From Octopus sinensis (taxonomy: Eukaryota): a stretch of DNA of 52,148 nt. Below, in pieces: positions 23,955-35,387 of the stretch. The position numbers and the translations under genes were made by a program. Where the stretch lies: assembly GCF_006345805.1 (NCBI RefSeq), contig NW_021834961.1, positions 1-52,148 on the forward strand, read 5' to 3'. The notes beneath the pieces are model-generated. The model was not told where the DNA came from. It saw only the letters and a program-made list of their open reading frames with translations, and did not search any database. Positions within the stretch are counted from its first letter, which is position 1; every line of letters starts with the position of its first letter.

Positions 23955-24257
23955 TGATTTTGGTGATCAGTGAATAAACTTCACTGAAAATTAGATCTAT
24001 ATATTTACGAAGTCGAGATGGATATCTGCAGCTAGCAGGCTTCTGCTACTCTAGACCAATGATGGGCAAAGACCCTGAAACATGCGTGTCTCTAGATGCA
24101 GGCCTAGCTGTTGGGGGTGTTTGTCTCCTCTTCGTAAATATATAAGGACACAGGAAATGTGTCGAAGCCGACAGGAAGAGTCGATGCTTCCTAGGGCTAA
24201 ACAGCAGTGGTATAATCCCCTACTGTCACGTTAAATTGACAGTATACAACCATTCTA
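23952..24257 (+). mobile_element. Penelope-like terminal fragment with a variant hammerhead at 24050-24096
   Basis: Homologous to the arms of 14777-15179 and ends at the same CCATTCTAT followed by (TA)n. Motif UCUAGA-CCAAUGA-U-GGG(caaaga)CCC-U-GAAAC-AUGCGU-GUC^UCUAGA. Confidence 0.7.
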
Positions 24258-24924
24258 TATATATATATATATATATAGACGGGAAGGATGACTTCCCTTT
24301 GCAAATACTGACAGGACACAGAAAGTGTGTCTATGGCCAGCTGGAGGAGTGTGTCCTCCTGGGGCTAAAAACTACAGTAGCATCCACCCTTAGGGGTTAG
24401 CCATATTGAAATGGCAAAAATACGTCACGATGTGTTAACCGCTACTGTATATAACTCACTTTGATATTTATCATTGTTTGATTCACTTTTTCAAATATCA
24501 GTGACAGTGGGCGCTGGAAAAAGTATAAGTATTTGTGAAGGAAATCTAATTCTCGGCGACAACTATGATTGTCACACGCTGACAAGAGGTCAATACCTCG
24601 AAACTCGAGTCCGTGTGTATCATAAGTTGAAGACAGGAAGGATGACTTCCCTTTGCAATACTGACAGGACACAGAAAGTGTGTCTATGGCCAGCTGGAGG
24701 AGTGTGTCCTCCTGGGGCTAAAAACTACAGTAGCATCCACCCTTAGGGGTTAGCCATATTGAAATGGCAAAAATACGTCACGATGTGTTACCGCTACTGT
24801 ATATAACTCACTTTGATATTTATCATTGTTTGATTTCACTTTTTCAATATCAGCGACAGTGGGCGCTGGAAAAAGTATAAGTATTTGTGAAGGAAATCTA
24901 ATTCTCGGCGACAACTATGATTGT

Positions 24925-24969
24925 CACACGCTGACGAGAGGTCAATACCTCGAAACTCGAGTCCGTGTG
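24925..24969 (+). ncRNA. Canonical type I hammerhead ribozyme (representative intact copy)
   Basis: CACACG-CUGACGA-GAGG(ucaaua)CCUC-GAAAC-UCGA-GUC^CGUGUG. All core nucleotides are present, with a 6-bp stem I, 4-bp stem II and palindromic ACUCGAGU stem III. Predicted cut after 24963. Confidence 0.93.
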
Positions 24970-27401
24970 TATCATAAGTTGAAGACGGGAAGGATGACTT
25001 CCCTTTGCAAATACTGACAGGACACAGAAAGTGTGTCTATGGCCAGCTGGAGGAGTGTGTCCTCCTGGGGCTAAAAACTACAGTAGCATCCACCCTTAGG
25101 GGTTAGCCATATTGAAATGGCAAAAATACGTCACGATGTGTTACCGCTACTGTATATAACTCACTTTGATATTTATCATTGTTTGATTTCACTTTTTCAT
25201 ATCAGCGACAGTGGGCGCTGGAAAAAGTATAAGTATTTGTGAAGGAAATCTAATTCTCGGTGACAACTATGATTGTCACACCTGACAAGAGGTCAATACC
25301 TCTCGAAACTCGAGTCCGTGTGTATCATAAGTTGAAGACAGGAAGATGACTTCCCTTTGCAAATACTGACAGGACACAGAAAGTGTGTCTATGGCCAGCT
25401 GGAGGAGTGTGTCCTCCTGGGCTAAAAACTACAGTAGCATCCACCCTTAGGGGTTAGCCATATGAAATAGCAAAAATACGTCACGATGTGTTACCCAGCT
25501 ACTGTATATAACTCACTTTGATATTTATCATTGTTTGATTTCAACTTTTTTTCAATATCAGCGACAGTGGGCGCTGGAAAAAGTATAAGTATTTGTGAAG
25601 GAAATCTAATTCTCGGTGACAACTATGATTGTCACACGCTGACAAGAGGTCAATACCTCGAAACTCGAAACTCGAGTCCGTGTGTATCATAAGTTGAAGA
25701 CAGGAAGGATGACTTCCCTTTGCAAATACTGACAGGACACAGAAAGTGTGTCTATGGCCAGCTGGAGAGTGTGTCCTCCTGGGGCTAAAAACTACAGTAG
25801 CATCCACCCTTAGGTGTTAGCCATATTGAAATGGCAAAAATACGTCACGATGTGTTACCCGCTAGTGATATAACTCACTTTGATATTTATCATTGTTGTT
25901 TGATTTCACTTTTTCAATATCAGCGACAGTGGGCGCTGGAAAAAGTATAAGTATTTGTGAAGGAAATCTAATTCTCGGCGACAACTATGATTGTCACACG
26001 CTGACGAGAGGTCAATACCTCCTCGAAACTCGAGTCCGTGTGTATCATAAGTTGAAGACGGGAAGGATGACTTCCCTTTGCAAATACTGACAGGACACAG
26101 AAGTGTGTCTATGGCCAGCTGGAGGAGTGTGTCCTCCTGGGGCTAAAAACTACAGTAGCATCCACCCTTAGGGTTAGCCATATTGAAATGGCAAAAATAC
26201 GTCACGATGTGTTACCGCTACTGTATATAACTCACTTTGATATTTATCATTGTTTGATTTCACTTTTTCAATATCAGCGACAGTGGGCGCTGGAAAAAGT
26301 ATAAGTATTTGTGAAGGAATCTAATCTCGGCGACAAGTATGATTGTCACACGCTGACGAGAGGTCATACCTCGAAACTCGAGTCCGTGTGTATCATAAGT
26401 TGAAGACGGGAAGGATGACTTCCCTTTGCAAATACTGACAGGACACAGAAAGTGTGTCTATGGCCAGCTGGAGGAGTGTGTCCTCCTGGGGCTAAAAACT
26501 ACAGTAGCATCCACCCTTAGGGGTTAGCCATATTGAAATGGCAAAAATACGTCACGATGTGTTACCGCTACTGTATATAACTCACTTTGATATTTATCAT
26601 TGTTTGATTTCACTTTTTCAATATCAGCGACAGTGGGCGCTGGAAAAAGTATAAGTATTTGTGAAGGAAATCTAATTCTCGGTGACAACTATGATTGTCA
26701 CACGCTGACAAGAGGTCAATACCTCGAAACTCGAGTCCGTGTGTATCATAAGTTGAAGACAGGAAGGATGACTTCCCTTTGCAAATACTGACAGGACACA
26801 GAAAGTGTGTCTATGGCCAGCTGGAGGAGTGTGTCCTCCTGGGGCTAAAAACTACAGTAGCATCCACCCTTAGGGGTTAGCCATATTGAAATAGCAAAAA
26901 TACGTCACGATGTGTTACCGCTACTGTATATAACTCACTTTGATATTTATCATTGTTTGATTTCACTTTTTCAATATCAGCGACAGTGGCGCTGGAAAAA
27001 GTATAAGTATTTGTGAAGGAAATCTAATTCTCGGTGACAACTATGATTGTCACACGCTGACAAGAGGTCAATACCTCGAAACTCGAGTCCGTGTGATCAT
27101 AAGTTGAAGACAGGAAGGATGACTTCCCTTTGCACAATACTGACAGGACACAGAAAGTGTGTCTATGGCCAGCTGGAGGAGTGGTCCTCCTGGGGCTTAA
27201 AAACTACAGTAGCATCCACCCTTAGGTGTTAGCCATATTGAAATGGCAAAAATACGTCACGATGTGTTACCGCTACTGTATATAACTCACTTTGATATTT
27301 ATCATTGTTGATTTCACTTTTTCAATATCAGCGACAGTGGGCGCTGGAAAAAGTATAAGTATTGTGAAGGAAATCTAATTCTCGGCGACAACTATGATTG
27401 T

Positions 27402-27446
27402 CACACGCTGACGAGAGGTCAATACCTCGAAACTCGAGTCCGTGTG
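27402..27446 (+). ncRNA. Canonical type I hammerhead ribozyme (intact copy); intact cores also at 25995-26042, 26347-26390 and 27756-27799
   Basis: Same sequence as 24925-24969. The 26347 and 27756 copies have a 5-nt loop 2; the 25995 copy has a CCT duplication in stem II. Confidence 0.9.
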
Positions 27447-28139
27447 TATCATAAGTTGAAGACGGGAAGGATGACTTCCCTTTGCAAATACTGACAGGAC
27501 ACAGAAAGGTGTCTATGGCCAGCTGGAGGAGTGTGGGTCCTCCTGGGGCTAAAAACTACAGTAGCATCCACCCTTAGGGGTTAGCCATATTGAAATGGCA
27601 AAAATACGTCACGATGTGTTACCGCTTACTGATATAACTCACTTTGATATTTATCATTGTTTGATTTCACTTTTTCAATATCAGCGACAGTGGGCGCTGG
27701 AAAAAGTATAAGTATTTGTGAAGGAAATCTAATTCTCGGCGACAAGTCTGATTGTCACACGCTGACGAGAGGTCATACCTCGAAACTCGAGTCCGTGTGT
27801 ATCATAAGTTGAAGACGGGAAGGATGACTTCCCTTTGCAAATACTGACAGGACACAGAAAGTGTGTCTATGGCCAGCTGGAGAGTGTGTCCTCCTGGGGC
27901 TAAAAACTACAGTAGCATCCACCCTTAGGGGTTAGCCATATTGAAATGGCAAAAATATGTCACGATATAGAATATATATATATATATATATATATATCTA
28001 TATATATATATCTATATATATATATATATATATATGAATGAGAAAAAGCACAAAGGGAAAATGAATACAAATGGGACAACCAAGTAGTTTTCATCTCATT
28101 GGTTATCCAGACCTAGGAATTTGCAGTTTCAGCATTTAA

Positions 28140-28162
28140 GATGTGTCATCTGTGTTTGTGTG

Positions 28163-28197
<35 letters not shown>

Positions 28198-28215
28198 GTC
28201 ATTTGTGTTTGTGTG

Positions 28216-28246
<31 letters not shown>

Positions 28247-28398
28247 TGTGTGTCATCTGTGTTTGTGTGTGTGTTGTGTGTGTGTGTGTCATCTGTGTTT
28301 GTGTGTGTTTGTGTGTGTGTGTGTGTCATCTGTGTGTGTGTGTGTGTGTGTGTGTCATCTGTGTTTGTGTGTGTGTGTGTGTGTGTGTCATCTGTGTT

Positions 28399-28429
<31 letters not shown>

Positions 28430-28562
28430 CATCTGTGTGTGTGTGTGGGTGTGTGTGTGTCATCTGTGTTTGTGTGTGTGTGTGTGTGTGTCATCTGTGT
28501 GTCTGTGTGTGTGTGTGTGTGTGTGTGTCTGTGTGTCTGTGTGTGTGTGTCTGTGTGTGTGC
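28140..28562. repeat. (TG)n microsatellite punctuated by TCATCTG
   Basis: Direct inspection; source of the C/V-rich pseudo-ORFs. Confidence 0.92.
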
Positions 28563-29155
28563 ACATGCATGTACAATCATGCATATTTCAGATCTTCTAG
28601 AATCACTGCAAATGGAAAGAATTCGGATTTTTTTATGAGCATTAAGTATATAGTCCAAGTTTCAACACCATAAAACAATATTCTGAGGACGTATTCTTTA
28701 TACCTTCGGATTTTATGCTTTGTATTGAGGATTTTGTTCTCTGCTGCTCTCTTCCTAAAGTGTTCCTCGAAGTTTGTGCCTGCCTTACCTCAACCCTAAT
28801 AATAACCTTTTTATCTAAAGATGCTGATGACGGCACAAAGGAACCTGACTTTTACCAATGAACGCCTATGAAAGGTGATGAAAACAGAAGTGTTTCTATC
28901 TTGTGACAGTGGAACCGGCTTCTTTGTGCTGATCGCAATCCACTGAAAGGGCTTTGAATGCCAAATAAAGCTAAATATCTCGTGGTGAGATAAAATAACC
29001 AGCAGTTAAGTGTTGGAGGTGAGAGATGTGAGGGTGGGATGGGTAGAAAGAAAACTGAGACTAGATATTCATTATGAAGCTCAAACTGACCTCGACAAAA
29101 GAACATTTGAATCACCTTGTGTGTACGCCTATGTGTACATATATACATATGTGTG

Positions 29156-29191
<36 letters not shown>

Positions 29192-29379
29192 CTGTGTGGT
29201 TAAGAGGCTTGCATCCTAACCACCTGGCTTGGGGTTCAGTCCCGCTGTATAGCACCTTGGGTAAGTGTCTTCTATCACAGGTCTGGGTCAACCAAAGCCT
29301 TCTGAGTAGATTTTATTTTTTTATTTTTATTTTTATCTAGTTTCAGCTCACAAGCTGTGGCCATGCTGGGGCACTGCCA

Positions 29380-29640
29380 TTTGGTGTTGCTACATGATTT
29401 TACTTCACGAATGCTTTTTAGCAATTGCCATTTGGTGCATAAGAGAGTTCGATGCAGCTGCCCTCATCTGCACCTCCTGCCGTGAAGTTGGTTCATCTGG
29501 GACACCTGACAAGAAGAGATCCAGTTTCATTTTAAAGACATCTGCATCCACCCCATGCAGGTCACTTAGGTTCTTCGGGAGGATATTGAAGAGCTGTGGG
29601 CCTTGGAAGCCCAGGCTATCACAGTATCCTGGATTATGTA
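29380..29640 (-). mobile_element. CR1/L2-group LINE 3' fragment, same family as 4255-4700
   Basis: Minus strand reads YCDSLGFQGPQLFNILPKNLSDLHGVDADVFKMKLDLFLSGVPDEP. Confidence 0.78.
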
Positions 29641-30422
29641 GAAAGAAATCAAAAGAAGCCCATCATAGCTATCTATAAATCTATCAATCTAATATATAAA
29701 TATATTGTGCCAGTACCATGTAAAAAGCACCCATACCAGTGTCAAACGAGAGGCACCAGTGTTGATGCCATGTAAAAGGCACCTATGCAGGTGTCACATA
29801 CAAAACACCCGTGCCAGAATCACATATGGAACACTTGTTCCAGTGCCATGTAAAAAATACTTATTTCTTTACTACCCACAACGGGCTAAACACAGATAGG
29901 ACAAACAAGGACAGACAAACGGATTAAGTCGTTTACATCGACCCCAGTGTGCAACTGGTGTTTAATTTATCGACCTCGAAATCCGCTCACAAGGCATTGG
30001 TCTACCAAATCCACTCACAGGGCATTGGTCGGCCTGGGGATATAGCAGAAGACACTTGCCCAAGATGCCACGCAGTGGGACTGAACCCAGAACCATGTGG
30101 TTGGTTAGCAAGCTACTTACCACACAGCCAGTCCTGCGCCTATGTGTGTACATTTTCATCCCTGTATGTGTCCTTTACTTGTTTCCGTCATTAGACTGCG
30201 GCCATACTGGGGCATAACCTTGAAGCACTTTTTAGTCGAATGAATCAACCTCAGTATGTATTTTCTAGACTTTGCACCTACTCTATCAGTCTGTTTTACC
30301 AAACTGTTATGTTATGGGGATGTAAACAAACCAACACCAGCTGTCAAGCAATGGTGGGAGTAGACATATATATATATAACATATACATATATAATATATA
30401 TATATATATATATACATAATAT

Positions 30423-30607
30423 AAAAAAAGGAAATGAAGAAAAATGCTGACAAATAATTGAAGTAATTTAAGTATTTAATTAGGTGAAAGTTCTTTTTAC
30501 CGTTTGCGCATTTGTTAAATGCGCACCGGTAAAAAGAACTTTCACCTAATTAAATTACTAAATTACTTCAGTTATTTGTCAGCATTTTTCTTCATTTCCT
30601 TTTTTTT
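30423..30607. repeat. 185-bp near-perfect palindrome (arms ~91 bp, 3-nt loop at 30514-30516)
   Basis: AAAAAAAGGAAATGAAGAAAAATGCTGACAAATAA...TGCGCATTT-GTT-AAATGCGCA...TTATTTGTCAGCATTTTTCTTCATTTCCTTTTTTT. Confidence 0.9.
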
Positions 30608-30674
30608 AATATTCACCACTCGTGTTCGACATCTCCTTTTTTTAAATATACATATTTATATACATATACATATA

Positions 30675-30706
<32 letters not shown>

Positions 30707-31651
30707 CATATACATATATATATATACATATACATATATATACATATATATACATACATATATACACACATATATATATAAGGGTTTGGTTGGTCCAAGG
30801 GTATAGCAGAAGACACTTGCCCAAGGTGCCAAACAGTGAGACTGAACCTGGAACCACGTGATAAGGGAAGGAAGCTTCTTACCACACAGTCATATCTTGA
30901 AAAACAAACGTAAATGTTATGCAGTAATTGGTTACGTTGTGCATGCAGTATTTGTTCCATCCGAATTGGACAGATACTCCCTTGTCGCTCTCGCTGTACA
31001 TAAATGACATGAACCAGGGATTGGCCTGATGGAATCCAACCCTGCCCCTCCCTCCCGCCTCTTCTCCCCTCCCCAACGGTGCTATTGTTTGTAAAATGCA
31101 TAATATAAAGTAGAATGTAACTGGATGCTATTTGTTGGCTGCTGGGGGAACGGCTAGAAAAGTGCACCAGAAAGAAATGAAGGAAAGAAAAAAAATAGAG
31201 TCACAACAAAATTAACCAAAAGCAAAAACACACACACAAAAAAAAACAGTAAAACCCCGATCAATAATTAGTGCATGTCAAACTAATTATATAAACAATG
31301 TTGTTTATTCGAGCCTGTCTTTCTATTGCTTCGTTATGTCTCAGTCTCTTCTCTCTCTCTCTCTCTCTATCTCTCTCTCAATGTCTATCCACCTCTCTTT
31401 TTCTATCAGTTTATATCCTCCTCTCTTATTTTTTCTGTCTCTCTCTCTCTTCTCTCTTTCAAGTTCTATCTTACCCTCTTTCTTTTTCTCTCTTGCGCTT
31501 TTCCATTCAGCTTGTAGTCTCATCTTTCACTCTCTCTCTCTCTATCTCCCTCTCTTCCTATCTCTGTCAGTCCTTATTGTATTTCTTCTGTCTGTCTCTC
31601 ACCCAGTTTTTTTCCACATTCTCCATATATATATATATATATATATAAATA

Positions 31652-31697
<46 letters not shown>

Positions 31698-31711
31698 TAT
31701 ATATATATACC

Positions 31712-31747
<36 letters not shown>

Positions 31748-31835
31748 CATATATATATATATACATACTATATATATATACATATAGATATGTATATATA
31801 ATATTGTATATATATATATATATGTAATATATATG

Positions 31836-31870
<35 letters not shown>

Positions 31871-31920
31871 GTATACATAGTGTATATATATATATATGTA
31901 TACATATGTATATATATATT

Positions 31921-31961
<41 letters not shown>

Positions 31962-32009
31962 GTATATATTATGTATACATATGTGTATATATATATATAT
32001 ATTGTATAC

Positions 32010-32048
<39 letters not shown>

Positions 32049-32295
32049 CACGTCTCTCTCACCCCCATATATACCTCAGTCTCTGTAGTCTCTCTTACTC
32101 ATTTTTATTGCTTCTTCATCCCCATCTTTCTCTCTCTCTCTTCTCTCTGACTCCCTCCCTTATATAGCAATATATATATAAGGGAGGGAGTCCAGAGAGA
32201 GAGAGAGAGAGAGAAAGACAGCAGTTTTACAAGTGTTTGAGAGCAAGAATCAATTTGTTAAGTAATTGCAGTTATTGTGATGCCATAACAGTCAC

Positions 32296-32326
<31 letters not shown>

Positions 32327-32380
32327 CGAACAGACATAGGAAGTGAGATAAAAAGAAAGAGAAGAGAAAGAAAAATCCAA

Positions 32381-32420
<40 letters not shown>

Positions 32421-33075
32421 AGAAGAACTCAATGTCCGCATATCATTGCATCAATGGAATATGTTTTATTAATAAAGTAATAAAACAAGCATAAAAATAA
32501 TTTTTTTTAAATAGTTAAAACAATAACCCCCCCCCACCCACACAGCAGTCATAATTCAGGGACTCACTCACAAACTGGGAATGGTTTACCGACAAACATT
32601 GGTGGAAGCTTACACAACCACTTAATTATACCCCCCCCCCCGGTGGCAAAAAGTAAGGGGAAAAAAATATGTGAAAATAGGTGAGGTAGCTAAGAAGTTT
32701 GCTTCACAACCATCAGATTCTGGGATCAAATTAGGGTAATGTAATCATGGGTTGACATGTAACTGGTGAATGAAATTCGGCAGGTGGAAACTATACTGAA
32801 GCTTGCTCCATACACATGTACATTCACACACATGCATGCACAAGCACACCTAAAATGGGCTTCTCACAGTTGCCTTCTACATTTCACTCACAAATTATTA
32901 ACCAATACAGGGTTTATCTTTTGTATGTTTCAGTCATTTTATTTTATCAGTTTCTTTTGCCAAACAGCTAAGTAATGCTATGTACTTTCTTGAGTGGACA
33001 GCAAGGCCTGTCTTGCTTCATGCCACAAACCCACAATGACAGATAAAGTTTCCATATATATATATATATTGTTAT

Positions 33076-33314
33076 ATTTCGGAATGGTCATTTTGCCAGT
33101 TTAGCCAATAAAAACACACGCACTATATATTTGGTGTTATTTTGCTTCAGTGTTATTTATTTTTTACATTAATCTTAATCTTATTTCGGCCAGAGTTCTT
33201 CATCACACTCCTGTAAGATTAATGTAAAAAATAAATAACACTGAAGCAAAATAACACCAAATATATAGTGCGGGTGTTTTATTGGCTAAACTGGCAATAT
33301 GACCATTCCGAAAT
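33076..33314. repeat. ~240-bp inverted repeat (arms ~101 bp, 36-nt spacer)
   Basis: Arms 33076-33177 and 33214-33314 are reverse complements with about 2 mismatches and 1 indel. Confidence 0.9.
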
Positions 33315-33607
33315 AATAATATTGTTTCAACACACACGACTTCACATAAAAAATCTTGCACAACAAATATTTAAATGTACTATATATATATATAATATAT
33401 ATATATATATATACACACATATATATATAGGAGAGGCTGTGTGGTAAGTAGTTGCTTACCACCAACCACATGGTTCCAGGTTCAGTCCCACTGCATGGCA
33501 CCTTGGGCAAGTGTCTTCTACTATAACCTCGGGCCGAGGTTATAGCCTTGTGAGTGGATTTGGTAGATGGAAACTGAAAGAAGCCCATCGCATGTATGGA
33601 AGTATAT

Positions 33608-33644
<37 letters not shown>

Positions 33645-33983
33645 TTATGTATGTATATATATATAATATGTATGTATGTGTGTGCGTGTATGTTTGTGTC
33701 TGTGTTTGTCCCCTCAACATTGCTTGAAAGAAGTAAAAGAGTAAAGAGTATTTATATGCACACACACACACACACACACGTGTGTATCTATGATAGTGTG
33801 TGTGTACTTCTGATAGCATGTGATGACTAAACGGGCATTATGCAAGCAAAGTTGTTTTTTTTTGTCTTCTATGAAGAAAAGAAAAAAAAGTGTCTGTGGG
33901 AAAATATAACTCTGGAAAAAGGTGAGCATTGGCAACAGGAAAGGCATATGGCCCTAGAAAATGTGCTTCAACAAATTCCATCT

Positions 33984-34365
33984 AACCACACGGTTCTCGG
34001 TTCAGTCCCACTGCGTGGCACCTTAGGCAAGTGTCTTCTACTATACCCTCGGGCCGACCAAAGCCTTGTGAGTGGATTTGGTAGACGGAAACCGAAAGAA
34101 GCCCGTTTTATATATGTATGTATGTATATATATATATATATGTGCATATGTTTCTGTGTTTGTGCTTGTACGCCCAACATCGCTTGACAACCGATGCTGC
34201 TGTGTTTACATCCCCCGTAACTTAGGGGTTCGGCTAAAGAGACCAATAGAATAAGTAATAGGCTTACAAAGAATAAAAGTCCTGCGGTCGATTTGCTCGA
34301 CTAAAGGCGGTGCTCCAGCATGGCCGCAGTCAAATGACTGAAACAAGTAAAAGAGTAAAAGAAAA
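33984..34365 (+). mobile_element. CORE-type SINE with an internal microsatellite (slightly 5'-truncated)
   Basis: Same family as 5709-6102; another partial copy lies at ~33430-33720. Confidence 0.8.
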
Positions 34366-34474
34366 AAGAATAAAAATGCAAGCATTAAAAGGATGATAAT
34401 GATGATGGTTTGTGTTGTGATGTGTGTGTGTGTGTGTGTGTGTGTGGGTGTGTGTGTGTGGCTGTGTGTGGTGT

Positions 34475-34517
<43 letters not shown>

Positions 34518-34957
34518 TTTCTCAGGTACCAAACACTGAAGAATTAGGAGCCATCATCTCAGCAGGCCTCACAGTTTCCAGGTACAATGTGGCTCATAAT
34601 TACTAACCAGAAATCTCCAACGGTTTGTTGTACTGCCCTGCTGCACATCCGTTGACCTATTCAGTCACATCCTTCCAATTCAGACACCTTGGTAGCATCA
34701 TTGCTAATGACTGTATGCTAAACAAAGAGATTCTAAAAACCGTTTCAGGCAGGTCTTTCTATCTTTTGGAAGGTACAAAATCAGGCTCTTTCTACAGAAT
34801 CATCTCAGACAATGTACCATTTGTGTGTTCGTACACACACAAACACACACGCAAACATACATATATTTATATGTATGTAAATATATATACATACCTATAC
34901 AAATGCATGATACAAATATATGTTTAGATATATGTCTATATAGATATATAAATGTGG

Positions 34958-34996
<39 letters not shown>

Positions 34997-35045
34997 ATAT
35001 AAATGTGGATATATATATATATTATATATATATATATATAAATGT

Positions 35046-35096
<51 letters not shown>

Positions 35097-35186
35097 CATA
35101 TGCATACACACATACATACTGAGATATATATATGTATATATATATATTATATATATATTATATATGATATATATATATATAAATGT

Positions 35187-35222
<36 letters not shown>

Positions 35223-35253
35223 TAAAGATATATATATAAATGTGGTATATATA

Positions 35254-35285
<32 letters not shown>

Positions 35286-35351
35286 CTATAAATGTGGATA
35301 TATATATATTATATATATTATATATATATATATATATTAATATAAATGGGG

Positions 35352-35387
<36 letters not shown>

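Larger units (their letters stand above)
24277..27966 (+). mobile_element. Tandem array (~10.5 x ~353 nt) of hammerhead-containing units; non-LTR retrozyme-like satellite
   Basis: Ten head-to-tail units each carry a type I hammerhead, starting at 24573, 24925, 25277, 25633, 25995, 26347, 26699, 27051, 27402 and 27756. The array is flanked by (TA)n on both sides. Confidence 0.92.

Noticed and set aside
24826-25017. Repeated 63-aa ORF in the array containing ATVGAGKS, a match to the P-loop pattern [AG]x4GK[ST]
   Set aside because: TTG start, short, no Walker B or NTPase context, and broken by indels in several copies. The monomer (~353 nt) has stops, so rolling translation is not supported. 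Probably chance.
24277-27966. Array as CRISPR or tRNA/5S gene cluster
   Set aside because: There are no variable spacers, no cloverleaf and no convincing A/B boxes; ACTCGAGTCC only loosely resembles a B box and is part of hammerhead stem III.
27965-27973. ATATAGAAT at the array's right junction is the reverse complement of the Penelope-like end ATTCTATAT on the left
   Set aside because: Only 9 AT-rich bases next to (TA)n, so it cannot be distinguished from chance.
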